Assembly: GCA_965250085.1 (NCBI GenBank)
Contig: OZ252287.1
Coordinates: forward strand, 736,001-800,000
Origin: Candidatus Altimarinota bacterium
GTDB taxonomy: Bacteria > Patescibacteriota > Gracilibacteria > CAIRYL01
Length of the DNA stretch: 64,000 bases
Reading direction: 5' to 3'
Shown here: positions 1 through 9,366 of the stretch, one piece after another
Layout of the letters: every line of letters begins with the position of its first letter
Position numbering within the stretch: position 1 is the stretch's first letter
Notes under the pieces: model-generated
What the model was told of the DNA's origin: nothing
The model's database searches: none
Seen by the model: the letters and a program-made list of their open reading frames with translations, nothing else
Program-made: the position numbers and the translations under genes

Positions 1-276
1 TTCCATGAGCATACAACGCTTCGATCAGACAAAAATTTTGACTCAGAAATGTTTATAAATGAGTCAATTGCAAGAATACAAAAGCTCACAAATGATATGA
101 AGAAGATTGCATTTCATGTTTCCAAAAATACAGTTATTAATGACATGGAGAAACAACGCGCATCAATCCAAAGTGTACTGGAAGCACATCTTGCACTGAC
201 TTCTGAAGATGAGCTTTCTGACGAAGAAAAAAATGAGATTCGAGACAAGCTTAAAAAGGCTCTTCCCACTTTATAG
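1..276 (+). CDS. hypothetical protein, 3' part (open to window edge)
   Basis: Frame of ORF 49..276 is open back to position 1. Confidence 0.55.
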   Translation, partial: FHEHTTLRSDKNFDSEMFINESIARIQKLTNDMKKIAFHVSKNTVINDMEKQRASIQSVLEAHLALTSEDELSDEEKNEIRDKLKKALPTL

Positions 277-760
277 CAAGTACATCATTTACCTGAATGT
301 CTTTTGCAAATTCTGAATTTGATCGCATTTCCAATACATACCTACTGAGAATTTTTGGCGTACGCGCAATAATAGGAGGTTCATCTTTGCTCGGATGGTG
401 AGGCATGTCACGTTCTATGTGAAGCACGGTGGAGTCTTCGTCCAAGAAAAAAATATCAAGATCAAAGTAGGTATCAGGCATCCAAAAGCTTCTCTCCTGC
501 ATGTCGGGATATGTGAACAGCATTCCTTGATTCTTTACAAAATTATTATCAGGGATACTACTGAGGCCTTGAATTTGTTCTTCTCGTGTTGTCGCCAGAA
601 ATGTCTCTATTGTCTGTCCATCAGAAAGAGTGATTTCCGTGGTCTGCAGTGAGTCAAGGTATTCATTGGTAACATGATGTGCGCACGCAGAAAAGAAAAA
701 CAGAGTACAGGCAAAGAATATAATTTGTTTTTTCATATTTCTTTGTAATCTATAATGCAA
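251..760 (-). CDS. DUF192 family lipoprotein
   Basis: Lipobox-like FFSAC; motifs GMLF.Y, FWMPDTYFDLDIFFLD, RYVLEM. Confidence 0.8.
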   Translation of the reverse strand: MHYRLQRNMKKQIIFFACTLFFFSACAHHVTNEYLDSLQTTEITLSDGQTIETFLATTREEQIQGLSSIPDNNFVKNQGMLFTYPDMQERSFWMPDTYFDLDIFFLDEDSTVLHIERDMPHHPSKDEPPIIARTPKILSRYVLEMRSNSEFAKDIQVNDVLAIKWEEPF

Positions 761-830
761 ATGAAAATACTTTCTCTCAGCCTCTTCCTACAGGAGCAAT
801 AACTCTGAGGAAAGTCTTTTTCAGAAATTC

Positions 831-2402
831 TTATTGTGTTACTTCCGCTTCACCAGAAGATTGTGCTTCTTCGGCAGATTGTTCCCACTGATTTATAGGC
901 CCAGCTTCCTCTTCTTTTTCTTCTTCTGGAAGTTCGGGGAAAGTAATCGTGAGAACATCTGATCCAAGTATTGTATCATCAGCATCAAACGCTTTGACTT
1001 CATAGAGATTTTTTCCTGATTCCATATTGCCATACTCTTGGTTAATAAAATATTGCCAAGTATTACTCCCCTCTGAAAACTTGCTAAGTGCGTATCCATT
1101 GACAGTTACTTTTGCTGCGTTTGAAGGAGCTGTACCAGAAAGAGTCACCGGATCTGTTGTGCCTGCTGCAAACTCACTGTCTTCGGTTGGAGCGGTAATT
1201 TTGAGCACTCCTTTTATTTCAGAGGAAGATTCTATCTCTTGAGGAGAATTATCTGTTTCAGGATCTTCCGAAGATGCATCCTCCGACTCTGATGATTTTT
1301 CAGGAGTATACACCACAGTGATCACCGCTTCGGAAATGAGATCGTCATCAGCATTATATGCCTGTACCGAGTATGTATTTTCGCCTTCATCTAGATTCTC
1401 ATAAGCCTCTGCCGCTGTGTATGCAAAAGTAGTATTTCCGGACTCAAATTTTTGAAGTGTATAATCATCTACTGTCACCTTTACTGTTCCGCCAGGAACA
1501 AGTCCTGATATTTCAATAGGGTCTTTAGAGATTTTTACTCTACTTCCATTCCCCCCTGGCACCAAAATCTGAACTTCACCTGAGACCTCTTTTTCATTTT
1601 CATCGTTCTCAGATGATGAATTCTGATCTGATTCTTCTTCAGAAGTTCCTTCTTTTTCGGATTCTTCATTTGTCTCCACTATTCCTTGTTTGTGAGCAGA
1701 AAACCATGGGTCTTCTGCGAGAATTGCAAGTGAGTTTTGCCCGATGTCTCCCAGAAAAGAAAATTGTTGTCCAACCCCGACATCCGTGTAAAAAACTTCT
1801 TCATTATCTGCAATTTTTGAAACCCGTACTATCCCTCCTGCGACTTTAATCACTTCATCTTCATAGTCTACAGAAAACTCGCCATTATTACTTTTCGCAA
1901 ATTCATTTTCTCCCAGTTGGACCACAAATTCTGAGCGAGGGTTAAGGCTGGGCGCTACATCTACCCATATCTTTCCGTCTTTTATTGCGACTTCTATCTC
2001 TCGAGTTTCTCCTTTGTGCATTCTACTTTTTTCAAGAACCACCTCTGTCTTTTTGTCCAAAAGGACTTCAGAGTCATCAAAAAACTGAAGGGCGCTCCCA
2101 GTAGTATTTCGACTTTTAATAGATTCCTTCTCTAAAAATGGAATCGAACTCGCAGAGACTGGTTTGTATCCATTTTCTTCGTCATCAGCAAATTGCACAT
2201 ATACTGTGTTTTCTGGCGGAACAGACAATGATACTTCTGCAAAATCTCCTCCTCCTCCAAAGAAAAACATCTTTATCAGATAAAAGAGAGCAAGGCCTCC
2301 AGCAATAATAAGCGCGCTTACAAAAAATGGATATCGTGAACTATTGGTTCTGTGTCGGTATTGAGATGCATTCATAGGAAAAAATTTACGGACAACTCGC
2401 AT
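831..2402 (-). CDS. membrane-anchored FecR-like/Ig-like domain protein
   Basis: N-terminal TM helix, FecR-like segment (ALQFFDDSEVLLD..GKIWV), two repeated beta domains separated by acidic linkers. Confidence 0.55.
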   Translation of the reverse strand: MRVVRKFFPMNASQYRHRTNSSRYPFFVSALIIAGGLALFYLIKMFFFGGGGDFAEVSLSVPPENTVYVQFADDEENGYKPVSASSIPFLEKESIKSRNTTGSALQFFDDSEVLLDKKTEVVLEKSRMHKGETREIEVAIKDGKIWVDVAPSLNPRSEFVVQLGENEFAKSNNGEFSVDYEDEVIKVAGGIVRVSKIADNEEVFYTDVGVGQQFSFLGDIGQNSLAILAEDPWFSAHKQGIVETNEESEKEGTSEEESDQNSSSENDENEKEVSGEVQILVPGGNGSRVKISKDPIEISGLVPGGTVKVTVDDYTLQKFESGNTTFAYTAAEAYENLDEGENTYSVQAYNADDDLISEAVITVVYTPEKSSESEDASSEDPETDNSPQEIESSSEIKGVLKITAPTEDSEFAAGTTDPVTLSGTAPSNAAKVTVNGYALSKFSEGSNTWQYFINQEYGNMESGKNLYEVKAFDADDTILGSDVLTITFPELPEEEKEEEAGPINQWEQSAEEAQSSGEAEVTQ

Positions 2403-2440
2403 TCTCCCAGAAAAATATGCTTTCTGTCAATTTCTCCGAT

Positions 2441-2478
2441 CTGCAATTCATAATTTGTAATTCGCAATTTGTAATTGT
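2441..2478. repeat. heptamer tandem repeat (T/CAATT..)
   Basis: gcaattca taatttg taattcg caatttg taattg. Confidence 0.7.
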
Positions 2479-2534
2479 ACATTGTATGTATATTATTCTC
2501 TCCACAAGTGAGCACAAAAAAGAAGAAGCAAAAT

Positions 2535-4790
2535 ATGAGCTGGCCACGCAAAATACAAAAAGCGTTGATCAATCTCCCTCATTTGCCTGGAGTATACGAA
2601 ATGTTGAATGAAGACGGAGAAACTCTGTACGCCGGTAAAGCAAAAAATCTCAAAAAAAGGGTGCAAACATATTTTCGTCCTTCAGCTCATCTTGGGCCAC
2701 GTCTCAAAAAAATGAGAGAAAAAACTAAGGACATTACTTGGACAGAGGTATCATCAGAAGGAGAGGCTCTGATACTCGAATCAAATATCATTAAGGAAAA
2801 ACGACCAAAGTTTAATATTCTTCTCAGGGATGATAAAAACTTTGCATACTTTTGCATTACTCTGGCAGAAGATTTTCCTCGTATTCTCTTTACCAGACGA
2901 ATCGTCAAAGACGGAAGTTTGTATTTTGGACCTAAAACTTCCGCTGCATCAGTGCGAAAAACGATTGATCTCCTAAGGGATATATTCCTTTTTCGTTCAA
3001 CTCACTTAGAAATTACAGAAATAAAACCAGGGAAAGTAGAAGTAAGGAATCCGGGGAATATCAAGTATCCATGCCTCAATTTTCATATCGGCAAATGTGC
3101 AGCGCCTTGCATTGGTAATATCTCAAAGATTGAGTACCGCGAGCGAATTGACAAAGCAATTCGATTCCTCAGAGGACATGTACAAGAAACTCTCAAAGAA
3201 TTGGAAGAAAACATGAAAAGCGCTGCAGAAAAAAAACAATTTGAAAAAGCAGCTCGTATTCGCGATTTATACACAGCAGTGCAGAGTATTTCTCAGCGCC
3301 AAATAGTTTCTGCTCCAGATGAGCTTTCTGCAGATGTTCTCGGGGGTATACAAAAATTTGGACGCTCATTTTTTCATCTATTTCAAATTCGTGATGGAAA
3401 AGTGATTAGTTCTGAAACATTTTCTTTGCCAAATAGTAGTGATGAGGATGCTACTGAGGGGCTCTGTGCTTTTTTGAGAGAACACGCTGATCGCAGTGCA
3501 GATACTCCCAAAAACATTGTTGTGTCAGAAAAAGTTTTTCCGAGTGCAGAAAGGAATGTCTGGGAAGAGTTTTTTACGAGCAAATGGAATCAGAATGTAA
3601 AGATTTCGCTCCCTCAAAAAGGAAAGCGGAAAAAACTTCTGGATTTAGCTGAGCAGAATGCTATGAGTTATGCCATGCGTAATGCTGCCAGCTTTATTAA
3701 ACATGAAGAAGATATTGAAAAAACTCTCGACACATTACAAAAAAAACTGGGAATGAAACAGTTTCCAAAGAGAATTGAGTGCTATGATATTTCACACTTG
3801 GGAGGAACAGAAACCGTAGGATCTATGGTGGTGTTTCAAGATGGAGAAGCAAAAAACTCTGAATATAGACGTTTTAAACTCAGGTCAGTTGAGCAGGGGG
3901 AAATTGACGATTATAAAAGTATGGAAGAAGTACTTTTTAGAAGACTCAGTCATTTTCCCGAAGAGCTTCCTGAGGAATATAAAATACAAAAGCTTAGGAG
4001 TAAAAAGGATCAGGAAATGGTGCGAGTGATTTTGAAAAAACAAAAGCAAAAAACTGGAAAGAAGATACATATTGATGAATTTTTAATTCTCAAAAAAGAA
4101 AAAGAGATTGCGGGTGTTCTTCAGAGTCAAAAAGAGAAGAAAAAAGACACAGAAGAAATAAAATTTGTTTGGGCAGAAAAAGGATTGGCGTGTTTTTTAC
4201 TCAAAAAATTTATAGAAACTTCTGAGAGTAAAAAGTTGTTTCTTGACAAGAACTTATCGTTACGCATTCCTATGGAAAAACTCGAGCAATTTGGATTTGC
4301 AGATGAAGCGGGAAAATTGGTGTACAAAAATATTGGAAAAAAGAAAAAAGCAAAAGACAGCCTGGAAAAAAAACCAGATCTTATAGTGATTGATGGCGGC
4401 AAGGGACAGCTCAGCAGTGCATATAAAATTTTGAAAAAATTTCCAGAAGTGAGACGTGTCGCTCTGTGCTCCTTGGCAAAGAAGAATGAAGAAGTGTATG
4501 TGCCAGGCAGATCAAAGCCAATTGCTATTACGAAAAGTTCTTCTGAGGGAAAACTGCTTCAGCGCATTCGTGATGAAGCTCATCGTTTTGCTGTGACGTA
4601 TCACAAATCATTGCATCAAAAATCTCAACAAAAATCTGTGCTTGATGACATCGCTGGCGTTGGTCCAAAGACAAAAAAGAAGCTTCTGAATACTTTTGGA
4701 TCTGTTCATGGAATAAGAGAAGCAAGTGATAAAGACCTTCTGCGCGTAGTAAGTCATAAAATACTTACTATTTTAAGAAGGGCTCTTTAA
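2535..4790 (+). CDS. uvrC: excinuclease ABC subunit C with ~140-aa insertion
   Basis: GIY-YIG (PGVYEM..YAGKAKNLKKRV), UVR domain, RIECYDISH, PDLIVIDGGKGQ, RDEAHRFA, C-terminal HhH; start inferred at ATG 2535. Confidence 0.95.
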   Translation: MSWPRKIQKALINLPHLPGVYEMLNEDGETLYAGKAKNLKKRVQTYFRPSAHLGPRLKKMREKTKDITWTEVSSEGEALILESNIIKEKRPKFNILLRDDKNFAYFCITLAEDFPRILFTRRIVKDGSLYFGPKTSAASVRKTIDLLRDIFLFRSTHLEITEIKPGKVEVRNPGNIKYPCLNFHIGKCAAPCIGNISKIEYRERIDKAIRFLRGHVQETLKELEENMKSAAEKKQFEKAARIRDLYTAVQSISQRQIVSAPDELSADVLGGIQKFGRSFFHLFQIRDGKVISSETFSLPNSSDEDATEGLCAFLREHADRSADTPKNIVVSEKVFPSAERNVWEEFFTSKWNQNVKISLPQKGKRKKLLDLAEQNAMSYAMRNAASFIKHEEDIEKTLDTLQKKLGMKQFPKRIECYDISHLGGTETVGSMVVFQDGEAKNSEYRRFKLRSVEQGEIDDYKSMEEVLFRRLSHFPEELPEEYKIQKLRSKKDQEMVRVILKKQKQKTGKKIHIDEFLILKKEKEIAGVLQSQKEKKKDTEEIKFVWAEKGLACFLLKKFIETSESKKLFLDKNLSLRIPMEKLEQFGFADEAGKLVYKNIGKKKKAKDSLEKKPDLIVIDGGKGQLSSAYKILKKFPEVRRVALCSLAKKNEEVYVPGRSKPIAITKSSSEGKLLQRIRDEAHRFAVTYHKSLHQKSQQKSVLDDIAGVGPKTKKKLLNTFGSVHGIREASDKDLLRVVSHKILTILRRAL

Positions 4791-5326
4791 GCTTTTTCCA
4801 AGACACACACAAACGGTGTCGCCCCGACTGTTTTGTCCCGTATGCTTATTGCAAGAGTTGTTTTTTCACTCTCCGTAAGAGGCTCTATTCCATGTGTTTC
4901 TGAATTTCTTGTTCCTTTCACTTCATATCCAACACTTTGAAGAAATCTTATGTTCGAATAGAGATTTTCATGTTCTCTCTGAAATATCCCAAAGAGTTTT
5001 TCTCTAATGTTATACAAAGTTTTCATAAGGCCCTGTCCCTGAAATTGAGGAAGTGTTTCCTTTGCCAAGTGATCATGAAAACGATCTGCTCCAATGAGAA
5101 AGGGTCTCTGAAAAAGTAGCGCTACCGGGGCACATCGTGCCCCTTCAATTTCTTTTCGCATGGAAAACTCTTCAAGCGCAAATTTTTGTCCTGATGCAAT
5201 ATGAGATTCATTCATCCATATCCCGAGTCGAACTGGAGGATCATATGAAAAATTTTCATCTTCTTCTGATATTACAAGCGCTTCAAGTTCTTTGAAACGT
5301 AAGGATCGCAGGATTCCATACTTCAT
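4787..5326 (-). CDS. hypothetical protein, possible GNAT fold
   Basis: QFQGQGL resembles the acetyl-CoA-binding Q/RxxGxG motif. Confidence 0.4.
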   Translation of the reverse strand: MKYGILRSLRFKELEALVISEEDENFSYDPPVRLGIWMNESHIASGQKFALEEFSMRKEIEGARCAPVALLFQRPFLIGADRFHDHLAKETLPQFQGQGLMKTLYNIREKLFGIFQREHENLYSNIRFLQSVGYEVKGTRNSETHGIEPLTESEKTTLAISIRDKTVGATPFVCVLEKA

Positions 5327-5346
5327 ATATTCAGATCTTTAAAATT

Positions 5347-6528
5347 CTATAGAGCAAGATTTTGGTGCACTTCATTTATAATCTGCAAAACAGCATCCCT
5401 CTCTTCTGGCATTAGAATTGCTGGAGCAAAACGTATTTCACCAACCCCAACATGCTTGTGCCCTTCGGGGTATGTATTTCTGGCATCTCCTATCTGTACA
5501 CCTCTTGTTTGTAACGCTTTCATAAATTTGTCATGATCCTGAATTCCCGGAAATCGTGGCTGTATAAAATATCCAGAGCTCAGATCAGAATTGTATATCG
5601 CAGTGGGAGTGTGTTCTTCTAAGGTATTAAGAAAACCTGTTATGCGTTGGCTAAATAACTCTTTTAAAGATTGAATATGCTCCGGGTAACGACTTGTCTC
5701 CAGAAAACGATGATACAGAGCATGAACAGGGTGTATGGCATTTAATCTAGCGCTGCTTACAACCTCCTTCATTTGCTCAACAAGTACTTTGGGGAGAACT
5801 AAATAGCCACACTTGAGTCCAGGTGAAATCTCTTTAGTAAAATTTAATTGGGCAACAACGTGATCCTTTGGATTGGTGAATTCTTCTGCATCCCATCCGT
5901 ATGTAAGGTTTTGATAAGCAAGATCCCAGAGCACAAAAACGTCATATTTGGCACATATTTCTTCAACGGCCTCTCTTTGTTCTGGAGAATAATTATACGA
6001 ACTTGGATTTTGTCCAATAGGAATACCATAAAAACCATCAATTGATCCAGATCGAGCAAGATCCTCTAGGCATTCTAAATCGAGACCTTCTGGTGTCATA
6101 AGAATGCCCACAGCCTCCATATTATTGTGGTAAATGTTTTGAAGCATACGGTCATAAGTAGGAGCCTCTACGGCGACCGAAACTCGTCTGCTCAACACTG
6201 CCTCCTTTTTCTGGTGTGCATCTGCTCTTTGTTTGTTCAGGAATGTAAGCCAGTGTGACGTTACATCCATTCCTCCATGTCCCATAATGATCTGATCTGA
6301 CTCCACTCCATGCTTTTGGGCTAAAAACTCTCGGAGAGGTCCGTAGCCCATAAAATCTGGTCCTCTATAGCCAAGTAAATCCTTATCATTACTTATCAGT
6401 GAAGCGAATGTTTCTCCAATTTCCTGACCATTTTGAAATTCACTGGGAAACGTTTCCGGCAAAGGTGCTCCTCTGAGAAGGGTATATTGTTTTTGTGATT
6501 CTGAAGGCATGAAAATAGCAAAATGCAA
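5347..6528 (-). CDS. PLP-dependent aminotransferase class I/II
   Basis: EAPTY, QNPS, DLAY and FTKEISPGLKCG (PLP lysine) motifs. Confidence 0.85.
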   Translation of the reverse strand: MHFAIFMPSESQKQYTLLRGAPLPETFPSEFQNGQEIGETFASLISNDKDLLGYRGPDFMGYGPLREFLAQKHGVESDQIIMGHGGMDVTSHWLTFLNKQRADAHQKKEAVLSRRVSVAVEAPTYDRMLQNIYHNNMEAVGILMTPEGLDLECLEDLARSGSIDGFYGIPIGQNPSSYNYSPEQREAVEEICAKYDVFVLWDLAYQNLTYGWDAEEFTNPKDHVVAQLNFTKEISPGLKCGYLVLPKVLVEQMKEVVSSARLNAIHPVHALYHRFLETSRYPEHIQSLKELFSQRITGFLNTLEEHTPTAIYNSDLSSGYFIQPRFPGIQDHDKFMKALQTRGVQIGDARNTYPEGHKHVGVGEIRFAPAILMPEERDAVLQIINEVHQNLAL

Positions 6529-6618
6529 AAATTATATTAGCAACTTTTATTTTTTTGTCAAAAGACTGGCCGTTTTTTTATTGACGCACAAAAAAATAAT
6601 GCTGAGCAAAAAACTGCC

Positions 6619-8172
6619 TTAGTTTTGTAAATAATTTTTGATGATTTCAGCGGCTTTTTTCGTGTTTTCAAAACTGAGATTAGGGAGAGATACTCGCACC
6701 ACAGATGTTCTGTTTTTCTCATCTCTGTCGCTCTGAGAAAAAAATAAATTTGCTGGCATGAGAACTACTCCTCTCTCAGCAATCTCACCAAACTTTTGTT
6801 CAACAGGGAGTTTGTTCTTCTCATCATTTTCGAGTTCTGTCATATCAAACATGCCATAGTAACTGTTTCCTTTAAATTTGAGCCCCAGAGTTTCATAAAA
6901 AATCTGCACTTTTTTTTGTACATCTTGCACATATTGCATGCGCTCTTCTTTCCCAAGAATGAGATGGCAAAGTCCGAGAATTTGAGAAGGTCCTGGTATT
7001 CCTGTGATATGTTGGAATACACCAATATTTTTTCCTCCGGGAGATTTGGCGAGATAGAGGAGCCACACAATATCTCCTCTATAATTCTGAAGATGATTTT
7101 TGAGAATTTTTTGAGAAATATATTCTCGTCCCTCTGGCAAAATGCAAAACGCACCAAATCTCACCCCGGTGGCGCGTTCTATTTTAGAAAGAGATGAAAT
7201 ATGTATCGTGCGCTTTTGCGCCTCGGGAATAGAAAAAATACTCTGTGCATCATCAAAAAACTGCAAATATACCTCATCTGAAATAATAAGAGCGTTGTGT
7301 TTTTCCGCGAGGTCAGTAATTACTTGTAGCAAATCTCTTCCATATGGGAATCCTGTTGGATTATTAGGGTTAATGAGAACCATTGCCTTAATTCGACCTG
7401 AAAAACTTTGCAGCGTCTCGAGGCTCTTTTGAAAGACTGCACCGGTCATAGGATCAACAGAGAGTGAGAGTATATTGATGCCTCTCTCTTCGAGCAAATT
7501 GTTATATGGTGCATACACTGGAGATGTCATTACAACCGTATCTCCCGATTGTAAGTATCCGATACCTTCTTCTCCAAGTCCTTTAAAGACGCTTCCGATA
7601 CCATGTGACGCACCACTCAGAAGCATGAGATCTTCAGAATTGACTGGAAGTTTGAGCATATCAACATATTCTTCTGCCACAGCAGCTCTTACAACTGGCT
7701 CTCCCCAAGGATTGGGGTATCTGCCGCCCGAAGGAATAGAAAATTTGAAAATGTCATAAAGAATCTCAAATCTTCCGAATCCTAAATTCTGATTCTGAGA
7801 AATTTTTTCAAGTTCATCAAGAAAGATATCAAAAGAACGAAGTATCCCTTTTGCTTTTTTTGAAGTGTAATTTTCTTGAGCAACACGCTGAATAGAGCTC
7901 AGAATATGAGGAAGGCTCTCTCTTGAATATTCGGCAAAATGAATATTGGTCACATTGTTGTTAAACTCTGTATCCAAAAGGAGTAAAAAGGCATAGAGCT
8001 CTCGTGAACGCACTGTTGGGGCAAATCCATACCCCGGCTCTCCTTGAGAAAGATCTAGAACATTAGCCTCTCCTACATTTTCAACGGCAATTTCCCTCAG
8101 TGCTCGGAATGCCAAAAAAGGGACTGTGGTATGCACATCAAATCCCCATTGGTTATCTGCGTATTTTTGCAT
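6619..8172 (-). CDS. PLP enzyme, aspartate 4-decarboxylase-like / aminotransferase class I
   Basis: SPVYAPY, INPNNPTG, ISDEVY, SLSK...G.RFG motifs; 517-aa length and long N-terminus like aspartate beta-decarboxylases. Confidence 0.7.
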   Translation of the reverse strand: MQKYADNQWGFDVHTTVPFLAFRALREIAVENVGEANVLDLSQGEPGYGFAPTVRSRELYAFLLLLDTEFNNNVTNIHFAEYSRESLPHILSSIQRVAQENYTSKKAKGILRSFDIFLDELEKISQNQNLGFGRFEILYDIFKFSIPSGGRYPNPWGEPVVRAAVAEEYVDMLKLPVNSEDLMLLSGASHGIGSVFKGLGEEGIGYLQSGDTVVMTSPVYAPYNNLLEERGINILSLSVDPMTGAVFQKSLETLQSFSGRIKAMVLINPNNPTGFPYGRDLLQVITDLAEKHNALIISDEVYLQFFDDAQSIFSIPEAQKRTIHISSLSKIERATGVRFGAFCILPEGREYISQKILKNHLQNYRGDIVWLLYLAKSPGGKNIGVFQHITGIPGPSQILGLCHLILGKEERMQYVQDVQKKVQIFYETLGLKFKGNSYYGMFDMTELENDEKNKLPVEQKFGEIAERGVVLMPANLFFSQSDRDEKNRTSVVRVSLPNLSFENTKKAAEIIKNYLQN

Positions 8173-8348
8173 ATAAAATTTTTTTTAATTGTAATTTAGT
8201 GGAATAAAAAATTAAAGTGAAATAGGTTTGTTCTCTTGAGAAAACATCATTAAAAATTGAGCTTCTTTGAGAAATAAAAAATTGGACAAATATTTTTTCT
8301 TTCCTTCAAAAATCTTGTACATTGTGCTCAGAGAATTATTCAAAAACT

Positions 8349-9267
8349 ATGATCCAGATCTATCATAAAACCAACAAGCAAAAAAAGTTACAAGCAATTC
8401 AAACATTGCAAAAAAACTCATGGGTGTATGCCGAAAAACCAACAGAAGAAGACCTCCTCTATTTGCAGAAAAAATGCAAACTCGATGAAGATCTTCTGAA
8501 TGATGCCTTGGATCCATATGAAGTTCCTCGACTTGAAACAGAAAAAGGAGTGCTGTAATTTCTTTACCAGACTTCCCTATCAATCAGGTGAGAAGGTGTC
8601 CACAGTGCCATTACTGGTAGCAGTGGGGAAAGAATTTATTACCACTGTCTCCAACGCTCCTCTGCCTTTTTTGAAGAAGTGGGCAGAAAAAAAGTGTGCA
8701 TTTCCTTCAACACAAGTTTCTGAACTGTTTATTACGCTTCTGGAAGAAATTGATGTCGCATTTATGATTTTTCTTTCTCGCATCGCTCGAAATATTCGGA
8801 GTATCAGTGCAGAGATAGAGGACATTGAGAACGAAGATATTATCCGATTTGTTCGTTTTGAAGGGATTCTCAATGACCTGCTCGCGGCACTGGTCCCCAT
8901 GAATGCCATTTTGCAAAAACTTTCTCTGCACCCCATGATGGAACTGAGTGCAGAGCAAAAAGATATGGTAGAAGATTTCTATTTGAACAATCATGAGTTG
9001 CAGGAATTGAGCAAGAATAATTTCAAATCCATCGTGAATGTTCGAGAAGGATACTCCACCATTATGTCGAACAATTTGAATAAATTTATCAAAATCCTAA
9101 CGGCCCTTACCGTCTCACTCACCATTCCCACAATTATCAGCAGTATGTATGGCATGAATATTCGCCTTCCTTTTGCTGACTCTCCATTTGCATTCTGGTA
9201 TGTAATAGGAATTACAGGCGTGTTTGCTCTTTTGGTGTTAGTGATACTTCTGAAGAAGAAGTGGTAA
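8349..9267 (+). pseudogene. corA: CorA family Mg2+ transporter, split by a 1-nt insertion
   Basis: ORF ending ..ALDPYEVPRLETEKGVL* and an ORF with GMN motif plus two TMs join if one A at 8557-8558 is removed (GTG CTG TAT TTC TTT ACC). Confidence 0.8.
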
Positions 9268-9297
9268 AAACCGAAGAGACATGCTCAAGAACAATTT

Positions 9298-9326
9298 TTG
9301 ACAAAAGTATTGCATAATAGTACAGT
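9298..9326 (+). promoter_or_regulatory. sigma70-type promoter
   Basis: TTGACA-N17-TACAGT about 40 nt upstream of ATG 9367. Confidence 0.5.
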
Positions 9327-9366
9327 GCGATTCCTTATTAATATTTGCGTAATTTTTATCCTATTT

